In this document: one piece after another, positions 1-9,035 of the stretch | Layout of the letters: the number at the start of each line of letters is the position of its first letter | Numbering within the stretch: the first letter of the stretch is position 1 | NCBI GenBank assembly: GCA_035624075.1 | Contig: DASPSF010000007.1 | Coordinates: 4,195 to 68,194, forward strand | From: Steroidobacteraceae bacterium | GTDB taxonomy: Bacteria > Pseudomonadota > Gammaproteobacteria > Steroidobacterales > Steroidobacteraceae | Length of the DNA stretch: 64,000 bases | Reading direction: 5' to 3' | Translations under genes and position numbers: made by a program | The notes under the pieces: model-generated | Databases searched by the model: none | Told to the model about the DNA's origin: nothing | Seen by the model: the letters and a program-made list of their open reading frames with translations, nothing else

Positions 1-588
1 GAGCGCGATCTCATGGGCGACCCAGGCCGGGAACGCCGCCATCTGGCCCGCGACCGGCTGCCAGGTGTGGTGGCCGCCAGCGAACGGGGGGCGCAGCCGC
101 CAGTTGGCCGCATCCATGAACATCGATCCGAGGCGCGGCTCATAGAGACGCAGCACACCGCTCAGCGGGCGCGCCGAGGGACCGGGGGGTGCGGCCACGC
201 AGTAGATCGCGCACCAGGAGGCGAGCGGCAGGCTCGCGGCGGGAAGGCCACCGTCCGGGCGGATGAGGGCGAAGCGGGCACGCGCCTGCACCGTGAGCCG
301 GTCGAATTCGCCCGGGGCGCCGAGGTTGGTGGCGCGCACCACGGCGCACAGCGCGCCGAGCATCTCGCGCCTCAAGGCAGCGACCGGCTCTGCGCTCCAG
401 TCGAAGAGGTCCTCGCGGCTGCGATAGCAGAGCGGATCGGGCGGCGTTTCCGGGTCGCGCTGCTCCTCGGTCGCCCGCGCGGCCAGCAATGCGGCGAGTG
501 CCTCGTTGAGCGCTGCCGGCACCGCGAGGGGGAGCGCCGCGAAGGGCGTGGCGAAGATCGGGACCGGAGCGGCCGCGGGGGCATTCAT
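1..588 (-). CDS. PF13759/TIGR02466-like putative 2OG-Fe(II) oxygenase-fold protein (3' end runs off the window)
   Basis: Absent from the ORF track because it leaves the window. My own translation of the minus strand from the ATG (plus 586-588) is open for all 196 codons: MNAPAAAPVPIFATPFAALPLAVPAALNEALAALL...GVLRLYEPRLGSMFMDAANWRLRPPFAGGHHTWQPVAGQMAAFPAWVAHEIAL. It starts 4 nt after the stop of the upstream sulfotransferase gene. The family assignment is from memory of the ...SW.SGVYY...dPR...FPSWL.H motif pattern. Confidence 0.5.
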   Translation of the reverse strand, partial: MNAPAAAPVPIFATPFAALPLAVPAALNEALAALLAARATEEQRDPETPPDPLCYRSREDLFDWSAEPVAALRREMLGALCAVVRATNLGAPGEFDRLTVQARARFALIRPDGGLPAASLPLASWCAIYCVAAPPGPSARPLSGVLRLYEPRLGSMFMDAANWRLRPPFAGGHHTWQPVAGQMAAFPAWVAHEIAL

Positions 589-592
589 GGAT

Positions 593-2110
593 TCACGGCT
601 CGGCGAGGTCGGCGGCGAGGGCTGCGAGCTCACGCCGGTAGTGACGCGAACGGCCGGAGGAGCGGACGTAGAGCGGCTCGCGCACCTGCCAGACACTCGC
701 GGTCTTTACCGCACCGCCCCGCTGCGCCGGCGCGAGGCAGGCCGCCTCCCAGGCGAGCCCGCAGTACTCGAGCAGCCGCTCGACCGCCGGCCGCGGGTCG
801 TGCACCAGCTGGTCGTAGCTGAAGTCCAGGATGTCCTCGCCATAGAGAGATTTCCAGTGCGCCATGAGGGTGCGGTACTGGCGGAAGTAGTGGCCGATGT
901 CCCGCAGGTCGAGCGCCCAGGCGAGCTGCGGGTCGAGGTGCAGGAAGAAAACCGACAGGCAGGTGTCGAGCGCGTCGCGGGTGGTGTGCACGATCCGCGC
1001 CTCGGGAAAGAGCTGCTTGATGAGGCCGATGAGCAGGAAGTTATCGGGCCTCTTGTCGGTCACGTACCGCGCCGCCGGAAAAAGCTCGGCGACTCCCCGC
1101 CGGTAACGGCTCGCGAGCTCTGCCGCTGCCGGCGCCGGCAGCGCGGCAACACTCTCAGGGAAGGGGGCGAGCGCGCTCTGCACGAGACGGGGCAGCAGAT
1201 CGAGCTCACCGCCGGCGGTCACCTGTGGGTGGCCGGCGAGCAGCTGCTCGGTGAGCGTCGAGCCCGAGCGCCACATGCCGCAGATAAAGATGGGGCGCGC
1301 GGCGGACGCGCCGTCGGGAAGGGGCGCCGGCGGCGGCTGCGACCGCGCGCCGGTCGGGCGCGGGAAGGCCCTGATGAGCGCCTCGATCAGGTGCTCGTGG
1401 GCGCGGCGGTCGTAGCGCGCCGCGCCCGGCACGCTCTCGCGGCTGGCGCGATTCGCGGCCTCGGCAGCGGCAAAAGCCTCGGCGAATGACCCGGCGGCAT
1501 CGAGCGCGCGTGCCAGGGCGAATCCGAGGCTCGCCCGCTCGGCGGCGCTGGCCGCAGGATCGCTGAGCCCCGCACGCAGCCGCCCGATCAGCGGATCCTG
1601 CGGCCCCTCGATCGCGGCGAGCTGCGCGCAGCGCGCCAGCGCCTCGAAGGCCCGCGGCGCGAGCTCGAGGATGCGCTCGTAAAGGGCGCGCGCCTCAGCG
1701 CGACGACCCAGGTCCTCGCAAAGATTGCCGAGATTCTGCAGCGCCGGCAGGTAGTGCGGATTGAGCGCGAGCGCCGCGCGCAGCTCGCCCTCGGCCGCCG
1801 CCTCCTGACGCAGGCAGTCGGCGAAGATCACCGCGCGGTTGAGATGCAGCTCCTCGGGAGCGCGCGTACCGCGCGCGAGCGCCTGCGCATAGGATGCGAG
1901 CGCCTCGTGGAAGCGTCGCAGCCGGCGCTGCAGCAGGCCGAGGTTGTACCAGCAGTCGGGCAGGTCGGGTGAACGGGCCAGCAGCCGCTGATAGACCGAG
2001 GCGGCCTCCTCGAGCCGGCCGGCGCGCTCGAGCCGCGCCGCTTCCCCGGCCAGCGCCGCGGCGCTCGAGGATGCTGCAGGCTCGCTCACTCGCATCGCGC
2101 GGCGCGCCAT
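593..2110 (-). CDS. TPR-repeat protein fused to a C-terminal sulfotransferase domain
   Basis: 505 aa ORF. The N-terminal half carries TPR-like repeats (WYNLGLLQRRLRRFHEALASYAQAL, ALNPHYLPALQNLGNL). The C-terminal half has a PAPS-binding loop-like motif IFICGMWRSGSTLTEQLL and the conserved tail KTASVWQVREPLY. It is a paralog of 56915..58810. Confidence 0.8.
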   Translation of the reverse strand: MARRAMRVSEPAASSSAAALAGEAARLERAGRLEEAASVYQRLLARSPDLPDCWYNLGLLQRRLRRFHEALASYAQALARGTRAPEELHLNRAVIFADCLRQEAAAEGELRAALALNPHYLPALQNLGNLCEDLGRRAEARALYERILELAPRAFEALARCAQLAAIEGPQDPLIGRLRAGLSDPAASAAERASLGFALARALDAAGSFAEAFAAAEAANRASRESVPGAARYDRRAHEHLIEALIRAFPRPTGARSQPPPAPLPDGASAARPIFICGMWRSGSTLTEQLLAGHPQVTAGGELDLLPRLVQSALAPFPESVAALPAPAAAELASRYRRGVAELFPAARYVTDKRPDNFLLIGLIKQLFPEARIVHTTRDALDTCLSVFFLHLDPQLAWALDLRDIGHYFRQYRTLMAHWKSLYGEDILDFSYDQLVHDPRPAVERLLEYCGLAWEAACLAPAQRGGAVKTASVWQVREPLYVRSSGRSRHYRRELAALAADLAEP

Positions 2111-2113
2111 CCG

Positions 2114-2776
2114 TCAGCGCGACCACATGCGCTGCAGATTGGCGATCACGTACTCGAGCTGGGTGCGGTTGCTCCACTCCATCTTCAGGCCCTCGAGCGC
2201 CCGCACCTCCCCGAGCGCATAGAGCAGCTCGCGCTGTCTCTCATCGGGAATCTGGCTCTCGATGAAGCTGATCATGACCAGGCGCTGCCCGGAGCGCACC
2301 GGCGCCACCTCGTGCACCGTGGTGGAGGGATAGAAGACCGCGGCGCCCGCATTGCCCTTCAAGCGTGTCGTCTCGGTGCCGAGGTGGATCAGCAGCTCGC
2401 CGCCCTCGTAGTCCGATGGGCTGGAGATGAAGAAGGTGCAGGACACATCCGAGCGCAGCGGCTCAGGACCTATCGGCAGGAAGGCGGCGTCGATATGTGC
2501 CCCGTATTTCATCCCGGGGTCATAGCGCAGCAGGGTGGGCTGGGCTATGCGTTTGGGGAAGGCAAAGTTCTGCGCCTGCTCGCAGCGTTGCAGGGCCCCG
2601 AGCGCGAGCTGCGAGGCCCGGCGCGCTTGCGGGTCGCTCGGGTCGCTGATCGCGTTGTTCTTGGCGATATTGTGCGGGTTGGAGAGCCGGCCATCGATGA
2701 ACTTCGCCTGACGCGCGATCTCGGCGATCGACTGCACTTCCGCAGCGGAGAGAAAGTTCTCGATCTGCAGGAACAT
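2114..2776 (-). CDS. PKHD-type Fe(II)/2-oxoglutarate-dependent hydroxylase (PiuC/YbiX family)
   Basis: 220 aa, collinear with E. coli YbiX as I remember it: YGAHIDAA (His/Asp), DYEGGELL, AVFYPSTTVHEVAPV (distal His), RLVMISFIES. Its stop lies 3 nt before the sulfotransferase start. Confidence 0.8.
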   Translation of the reverse strand: MFLQIENFLSAAEVQSIAEIARQAKFIDGRLSNPHNIAKNNAISDPSDPQARRASQLALGALQRCEQAQNFAFPKRIAQPTLLRYDPGMKYGAHIDAAFLPIGPEPLRSDVSCTFFISSPSDYEGGELLIHLGTETTRLKGNAGAAVFYPSTTVHEVAPVRSGQRLVMISFIESQIPDERQRELLYALGEVRALEGLKMEWSNRTQLEYVIANLQRMWSR

Positions 2777-2830
2777 CGCCGGGAGTATAGACGGCGGGGA
2801 GGAGCGGCGCGCTCCGGCGGCGGCGCGCTC

Positions 2831-3511
2831 TCAGTCCGACGATGCCACCCACAGCTCGACCCGCTCGCAGCCCTGCACCGCGCGCCAGGCGGTCAGCCCG
2901 GGATCCTGCGCGAGGAGTCTCTCCACGGCTGCCTGCTTGTCGGCGCCCGCCACCACGAACACGGGCTCGGCGAGGCGCGCGAGGAGCTCCGGGGTTACGC
3001 TCACGGCGGACATGCCGTCCGGGCGGTGTACGGCAAGAGCCAGACGGCCGCGGGCGCGCTCGAGGTCGGCGGCCCCGAAGAGCGAGGCGGTGTGTCCGTC
3101 GGCACCCAGGCCGAGAAGCCCGAGCCCGATGCGCGTGCCGGAGCGAAGAAGGGCGGCGAGCTGATCCTCGTAGTCGCGCGCGGCATTCTCGAGTGGCAGC
3201 TCGGTGCGCACCCGCAGCACCGCCGCGGACGGCAGGGCGAGCGCCGCGAGCAGCGGTGCGGTGCGGTGATAGTTGCTCGCCGGCGAGTCGGCCGGCACAT
3301 AGCGATCGTCCGAGAACAGCACGCGCAGTCCGGCCGCGGCAGCCAGTCCCGGACGTGCAGCCAGCGCGCGGTACGCCGGCAGTGGCGTGTTTCCGCCGGA
3401 GAGCATGAGAGCGGCCGCCGTCGGCGCCGCAATCGCCCGTGCCAGGCGCTCCTCGAGTGCCGACTCGAGCGCCGGGCGCGAGGCGAAACGGCGGGTGGCG
3501 AGCTCGGTCAC
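2831..3511 (-). CDS. pgl: 6-phosphogluconolactonase
   Basis: 226 aa with LSGGNTPLPAYRAL and LLGLGADGHTASLF motifs typical of the Pgl/DevB family. The start overlaps the stop of the upstream protease gene by 4 nt. Confidence 0.8.
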   Translation of the reverse strand: MTELATRRFASRPALESALEERLARAIAAPTAAALMLSGGNTPLPAYRALAARPGLAAAAGLRVLFSDDRYVPADSPASNYHRTAPLLAALALPSAAVLRVRTELPLENAARDYEDQLAALLRSGTRIGLGLLGLGADGHTASLFGAADLERARGRLALAVHRPDGMSAVSVTPELLARLAEPVFVVAGADKQAAVERLLAQDPGLTAWRAVQGCERVELWVASSD

Positions 3512-4710
3512 TGCTCTCGCTGCTGCGTGCGCGGGCGCTCGGTCACCCGCGCCTCGACGTCGAAGGACTGATGGCCGCGCAGCCCCCGCAGGCTGACCGT
3601 CGAGCCGGGCTTGTGCCGGGAGATGCGCCCGAGGACATCCTGCGCGCCGTGCGGGGTAGCCCCGTCGACTGCCAGCAGCAGGTCGCCCGGCAGCAGGCCC
3701 GCCTGCTGCGCGGGGCTGCCGAGAGCGAGGTTCGCGACCACGACGCCTCCCTGCGCGAGCCCGAGCTGCTGCGCCTGATCGTCGGTGATGTCTTCGGGCG
3801 AGATGCCGATCCAGCCGCGGATCACCCGGCCATGGTCGATGATGTCGGCCACCACCCCGCGCACCAGGTTCACGGGGATGGCGAAGCCGATGCCCTCGAC
3901 GCCGAGGCTCTTGGCGACCATCGCGGTGTTGATGCCGACCAGTGCGCCGCTCGAGTCGACCAGTGCCCCGCCGGAATTGCCGCGGTTGATCGGGGCATCG
4001 GTCTGGATGAAGTCCTCCACCGGCGCGATGCCGAGCTGCGCACGGCTCACCGCGCTCACGATCCCGTGCGTCACGGTATGCGAGAGTCCGAGCGGGTTGC
4101 CGATCGCGAGCACGACGTCGCCCGGGCGCAGCTGATCGGAGCGCCCGAGAGGGGCCACCGGCAGGAATTTGAGGCCGATGCTCAGCACCGCGAGATCGGT
4201 GTCGGGGTCGCTTCCCACGACGTGTGCCTCGGCGATGCGCCCGTCGGCGAGCTGGACACGGATCGCCTCGGCGTTCGCGATGACGTGATGGTTGGTGACG
4301 ATGTGACCCTTGTCATCGACGATCACGCCCGAGCCGAGCGTGCGCTCGATGCGCTGCCGATAGCGCGGCAGATACTCGCCGAACAGCTCCCCGAGCGACG
4401 GGGCGAGGCGCTCGGTCACCAGGCGGTCGGTGTAGACGTTGACCACCGCCGGCGCCGCGCGCTGCACCGCGTCGGCGTATGAGGTCCGTGCCGGCACGGA
4501 CGCCGCCGCCGGAGCGGCGGCGCTGAGGGCAGCCGGGGTGAGGGCGGGGACGGCAGCCGCAGGCGCGGCGGGGGCCTGCGCGGCCTGGGGAGCGCCACGC
4601 CCGCGGATGAGATCCGGGCGCATCGCCACGATCAGGAATGCCAGGGCGAGTCCGCCGACGACCGAACCGGCCACGAATGTCAGCCCGCGGCCCAGGTGCT
4701 CGAGCATCAA
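3508..4710 (-). CDS. DegS/AlgW-like S1C serine endoprotease with an N-terminal TM anchor and one PDZ domain
   Basis: 400 aa. N-terminal TM segment FVAGSVVGGLALAFLIV. Catalytic triad contexts are TNHHVI (His), DTDLAVL (Asp) and GNSGGALV (Ser). A C-terminal PDZ-like region is present (LLPGDLLLAVDG). Confidence 0.85.
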   Translation of the reverse strand: MMLEHLGRGLTFVAGSVVGGLALAFLIVAMRPDLIRGRGAPQAAQAPAAPAAAVPALTPAALSAAAPAAASVPARTSYADAVQRAAPAVVNVYTDRLVTERLAPSLGELFGEYLPRYRQRIERTLGSGVIVDDKGHIVTNHHVIANAEAIRVQLADGRIAEAHVVGSDPDTDLAVLSIGLKFLPVAPLGRSDQLRPGDVVLAIGNPLGLSHTVTHGIVSAVSRAQLGIAPVEDFIQTDAPINRGNSGGALVDSSGALVGINTAMVAKSLGVEGIGFAIPVNLVRGVVADIIDHGRVIRGWIGISPEDITDDQAQQLGLAQGGVVVANLALGSPAQQAGLLPGDLLLAVDGATPHGAQDVLGRISRHKPGSTVSLRGLRGHQSFDVEARVTERPRTQQREQ

Positions 4711-4863
4711 TTACTCCGTGTCGGCGCGCCGGGGAGGCATGTTCGTTTGTGTATAATGCGCCGCCCCCCGCAAGGTACGAAACTGCACCCATGCGCAGTC
4801 GGCTTGGTGAGCGATGCGCTCCGACGCTGCGGCGGGCGAGTCATACAGCGGGAGAGCGGTGAG

Positions 4864-5475
4864 ATGGCGGATCACGCAGGCGTCGCTGGCAGCGACGAGG
4901 TCGACCTGAGCCGGCGCAAGTTCCTCACCCGAGCCACCATAGCCACCGGGGCGGTCGGCGCGGTGTTCGCCGCCATCCCCTTCATCGAGTCCTGGAATCC
5001 GTCGGAGCGGGCACGCGCCCTCGGCGTGCCGACCGAGCTCGACATCTCCAAGCTCGAGGCCGGGCAGATGACCACCACCGTGTGGCGGCGCTCGCCGATC
5101 TACGTCGTGCGGCGCACGCCCGACATGGTGGCACGCATCGCCGGCCACGATACCGAGCTCAAGGACCCGAACTCCGATCACTCCGACCAGCCTCCGTACG
5201 CCAAGAACCCGCTGCGCTCGCGCAGCGCCGAGTTCCTGGTGCTGGTCGGCACCTGCACGCACCTCGGTTGTCTTCCCAAGCAGCGCTTCGATGCCGGCGA
5301 GCTCTACCCTTCCTGGCCGGGCGGGTTTTTCTGCCCGTGCCACGGCTCGCGCTTCGACCTCGCCGGGCGAGTGTTCGCCGGCTCGCCCGCCTCGATCAAT
5401 CTGCGCGTGCCGCCGTATTCCTACCCCAAGGAACATCTGCTGCTGGTCGGCGCCGATGAGAAAGGAGCCGCCTGA
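4864..5475 (+). CDS. petA: ubiquinol-cytochrome c reductase Rieske iron-sulfur subunit
   Basis: Internal ATG at 4864 of ORF 4696..5475 (MADHAGV...). Tat-type signal SRRKFLTRA. Rieske boxes CTHLGC and CPCHGS. Confidence 0.9.
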   Translation: MADHAGVAGSDEVDLSRRKFLTRATIATGAVGAVFAAIPFIESWNPSERARALGVPTELDISKLEAGQMTTTVWRRSPIYVVRRTPDMVARIAGHDTELKDPNSDHSDQPPYAKNPLRSRSAEFLVLVGTCTHLGCLPKQRFDAGELYPSWPGGFFCPCHGSRFDLAGRVFAGSPASINLRVPPYSYPKEHLLLVGADEKGAA

Positions 5476-6755
5476 TGACCGTGAAGACCGCGACGGGTGC
5501 GGCCGCTCCCATGCCCAAGACCGGCGCCGCCGGCCGCCAGGGCTTCTGGCCCTGGCTCAACAAGCGTATGCCGGTCGACAAGTTCCTCGCCGATCAGGTC
5601 ACCGAGTACTACGCGCCAAAGAATTTCAACTTCTGGTACTACTTCGGCTCGCTGGCGCTCGTGGTGCTCGTGTTACAGCTGGTGACCGGCATCTACCTCA
5701 CCATGTTCTACAAGCCGGGCGAAGCGACCGCCTTTGATTCGGTGCAGTTCATCATGCGCGAGGTCAGCTGGGGCTGGCTGCTCCGCTACCTGCACACCAG
5801 CGGCGCTTCGTTCTTTTTCATCGTCGTGTACCTGCACATGTTCCGCGCCTTCCTGTACGGCTCGTACAAGCCGCCGCGGGAGCTGCTGTGGCTCATCGGC
5901 ATGCTGGTGTATCTGGCGCTGATGGCGGAGGCGTTCATGGGCTACGTGCTGCCCTGGGGCAACATGTCGTTTTGGGGCGCGCAGGTGATCGTCAATCTCT
6001 TCGGCACCATCCCCGGCATCGGCCCCGACCTGGTGCTGTGGATCCGCGGTGACTACGGCATCGCCGACGCGACGCTCAACCGCTTCTTCTCGCTGCACGT
6101 CGCGGCGGTGCCGCTCGCGCTGCTCGGACTGGTGGCACTGCACCTGGTGGCGCTGCACGAAGTGGGCTCCAACAATCCGGACGGCATCGAGATCAAGGAG
6201 AAGGTCGGCGCCGACGGCAAGCCGCTCGACGGCATTCCATTTCATCCTTATTACACCGTGAAGGACTTCGTCGGCATCGGCGTCTTCCTGGTGCTGCTCG
6301 CCATCGTGGTGTTCTTCGTGCCGACCTTTGGCGGGCTGTTTCTCGAGCCGCCGAACTGGGAGCCGGCCAATCCGCTGTCGACCCCCGAGCACATCGCACC
6401 GGTGTGGTACTTCACGCCCTACTACGCCATCCTGCGCGCGGTGCCGGATCAGCGCATGGGGGCGCTGCTCATGCTGATCGCGGTGATGGCATTCCTGTTC
6501 GTGCCGTGGCTCGACCGCTCGCCGGTGAAGTCCATGCGCTACCGGGGCTGGATGTCGCGCTCGGCGCTGGCGATCTTCGCGGTGAGCTTCATCGTGCTCG
6601 GCTACCTCGGGATGCAGCCGGCGGAGGGCCTGTTCGTGGTGTTGGCGCGCATCTTTGCGGCGCTGTACTTCGCCTTCTTCTTCCTGATGCCGCTCTACAC
6701 CTGGCTCGATCCGGTGAAGCCGGTGCCGGAAAGGCTGGTGTACCATGCGCATTGA
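5475..6755 (+). CDS. petB: cytochrome b
   Basis: 426 aa polytopic protein with typical cytochrome b sequence (WGWLLRYLHTSGASFFFIVVYLHMFR, PEWYF-like PVWYFTPYYAILR). Its ATG shares a base with the petA stop. Confidence 0.93.
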   Translation: MTVKTATGAAAPMPKTGAAGRQGFWPWLNKRMPVDKFLADQVTEYYAPKNFNFWYYFGSLALVVLVLQLVTGIYLTMFYKPGEATAFDSVQFIMREVSWGWLLRYLHTSGASFFFIVVYLHMFRAFLYGSYKPPRELLWLIGMLVYLALMAEAFMGYVLPWGNMSFWGAQVIVNLFGTIPGIGPDLVLWIRGDYGIADATLNRFFSLHVAAVPLALLGLVALHLVALHEVGSNNPDGIEIKEKVGADGKPLDGIPFHPYYTVKDFVGIGVFLVLLAIVVFFVPTFGGLFLEPPNWEPANPLSTPEHIAPVWYFTPYYAILRAVPDQRMGALLMLIAVMAFLFVPWLDRSPVKSMRYRGWMSRSALAIFAVSFIVLGYLGMQPAEGLFVVLARIFAALYFAFFFLMPLYTWLDPVKPVPERLVYHAH

Positions 6756-7506
6756 GGGCATCGCGCGCACGCTGGGCGCGGCGGCGCTGCTGGCGTGCGC
6801 AGCGTGCGTGCCGCAGCGGCTGCCGGCCGCGGAGCAGGGCGGCGCGAAATTCGGCGCCGACTGGCAGAGCTGGCGCGCCGACACCAACGTCTCGGACCTC
6901 GCGTCCGTGCAGCGCGGCGCCCGCAACTTCACCAGCTACTGCCTCGGCTGCCACTCGCTCAAGTACCAGCGCTGGTCGCGGCTCGGCGCGGACCTGAAGA
7001 TTCCCGAGCAGTTGCTGGAGAAGGATCTGGTGCCGCCCGAAGCCAAGCCGACCGACTACATCCTGACCAGCATGCCGGACACAGACGCGGTGGCCTGGTT
7101 CGGCCGGAGCGCGCCGGACCTCTCACTCGTCGCCCGCGCCCGTGGGCGCGATTACGTGTATCAATACCTGAAGACCTTCTACGTGGACCCCACCCGTCAG
7201 ACCGGCGCCAACAATCTGCGCGACGTGGGCTCGCCGATGCCGGATGTGCTGTCGGAGCTCGAGGGGCTCAAGGGCGCGGTGTTCAGGAACGAGGTGTTCG
7301 ATCACTTCGAGCCGCTTGCGCCCGGGCGCCTGAGCGCCGCCGAGTTCGACGGCTTCGTGCGCGATACCGTTAATTTTCTCGACTATGTGAGTGAGCCAAC
7401 CCAGCTCGAGCGGCGCCAGCTCGGCGTGTGGGTCGTGCTGTTCCTGCTGGTGTTCAGCTGGCTCGCGCTGCTGGTGAAGCGCGAGTACTGGAAGGACGTC
7501 CACTGA
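6745..7506 (+). CDS. petC: cytochrome c1
   Basis: 253 aa with a signal peptide, haem-binding CLGCH and a C-terminal membrane anchor VWVVLFLLVFSWLALLV. It directly follows petB. Confidence 0.9.
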   Translation: MRIEGIARTLGAAALLACAACVPQRLPAAEQGGAKFGADWQSWRADTNVSDLASVQRGARNFTSYCLGCHSLKYQRWSRLGADLKIPEQLLEKDLVPPEAKPTDYILTSMPDTDAVAWFGRSAPDLSLVARARGRDYVYQYLKTFYVDPTRQTGANNLRDVGSPMPDVLSELEGLKGAVFRNEVFDHFEPLAPGRLSAAEFDGFVRDTVNFLDYVSEPTQLERRQLGVWVVLFLLVFSWLALLVKREYWKDVH

Positions 7507-7556
7507 CCGCGAGCCTCGAGCGCGGGAGCGGAAGCGTGTCGAGCCGACGATCCATC

Positions 7557-8162
7557 ATGACGTTGTTCTCCGCGCCGGAAGACCCCTGGAGTCACCGGAC
7601 GCGCATCGTGCTGGCCGAGAAGGGCATCAGCATCGATATCGTGAGCGTCGAGGCGGGCCGCTTTCCCGAGGACCTGCTCGATCTCAACCCGTATCACAGC
7701 GTGCCGACGCTCGTGGACCGCGACCTGGTGCTGTACGACTCGCGCGTCATCATCGAGTACCTGGACGAACGCTTTCCGCACCCGCCGCTCATGCCGGTCG
7801 ACCCGCTGACGCGCGCGCAGTTCCGCCTGGCGCTCTACCGCATCGAGCGCGACTGGTACGGCGTCGCCAAGCAGATCGACGCGGAGCCCGACAAGAAGCA
7901 GGCGCTGAAGCTGAAGAAGATCCTGCGCGACACCATCCTGCAGAGTACCGAGCTCTTCAAGATCAAGCCGTTCTTCCTCTCCGACGAGTTCTCGCTGGTG
8001 GATGCGACCATCGCGCCGATCCTGTGGCGTCTGCCCTTCTACGAAATCGACCTGCCGCCGCAGGCGCAGCCGATCGAGAAGTACATGCAGCTGGTGTTTG
8101 CCCGTCCGGCGTTCCGCGAGGCCCTCACCGAGCGCGAGCAGGAGATGAGGCTGCTGCGTTAG
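7557..8162 (+). CDS. sspA: stringent starvation protein A (GST-like)
   Basis: Internal ATG at 7557 of ORF 7428..8162 (MTLFSAPEDPWSHRTRIVLAEKGI...). GST fold, followed by sspB. Confidence 0.88.
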   Translation: MTLFSAPEDPWSHRTRIVLAEKGISIDIVSVEAGRFPEDLLDLNPYHSVPTLVDRDLVLYDSRVIIEYLDERFPHPPLMPVDPLTRAQFRLALYRIERDWYGVAKQIDAEPDKKQALKLKKILRDTILQSTELFKIKPFFLSDEFSLVDATIAPILWRLPFYEIDLPPQAQPIEKYMQLVFARPAFREALTEREQEMRLLR

Positions 8163-8165
8163 GCC

Positions 8166-8564
8166 ATGACCCAGGCGTTACCCAAACGGCCGTACCTGCT
8201 GCGCGCCATGCATCAGTGGATCACCGAATGCGGCAACACGCCGCATGTGATCGTCGATGCCGGGCACCAGGGCGCCGAGGTGCCGCGCGCTTACGTCAAG
8301 GACGGCAAGATCGTCCTCAACCTGAGCGAAGGCGCCACGCAGCGCCTGCGGCTCGGGAACGAGGAGGTGGAATTCGACGCCCGCTTTGCGGGAGTGGTCC
8401 ATCACGTGCGCTTTCCGGTGAGCGCAGTGCTCGGTGTCTACGCGCGCGAGACGGGCGAGGGCATGGTGTTCTCGGAGCAGGACCTGGGTCCCGAGCCGCC
8501 GAAGCATCCGACGCCCGCGGAAGAGGGCGGGCCCCGCCGCCCGCAGCTCAAAGTCGTCAAATAG
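8166..8564 (+). CDS. sspB: ClpXP adaptor stringent starvation protein B
   Basis: 132 aa with the N-terminal domain RPYLLRAMHQWITECGNTPHVIVD, a flexible linker and a C-terminal tail PQLKVVK. Confidence 0.88.
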   Translation: MTQALPKRPYLLRAMHQWITECGNTPHVIVDAGHQGAEVPRAYVKDGKIVLNLSEGATQRLRLGNEEVEFDARFAGVVHHVRFPVSAVLGVYARETGEGMVFSEQDLGPEPPKHPTPAEEGGPRRPQLKVVK

Positions 8565-8565
8565 T

Positions 8566-8587
8566 CCGTTCGCGTCTGCGCGAACGG
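8566..8587. terminator. stem-loop between convergent sspB and rnpB (possible bidirectional terminator)
   Basis: CCGTTCGCG-tctg-CGCGAACGG is a perfect 9-bp stem starting 2 nt after the sspB stop. There is no clear U-tract. Confidence 0.4.
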
Positions 8588-8611
8588 CGTAGATCCTGCG
8601 CGCAGCGCATA

Positions 8612-9000
<389 letters not shown>

Positions 9001-9035
9001 CCCGGCACGATAGGGCGGCCGGCTCGAAAGTCAAC

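Noticed and set aside
5673-6932. 419-aa minus-strand ORF antisense to petB/petC
   Set aside because: It is antisense to cytochrome b. The composition is extremely His/Arg/Glu/Asp-rich, as expected from reverse-reading hydrophobic codons. No family resemblance.
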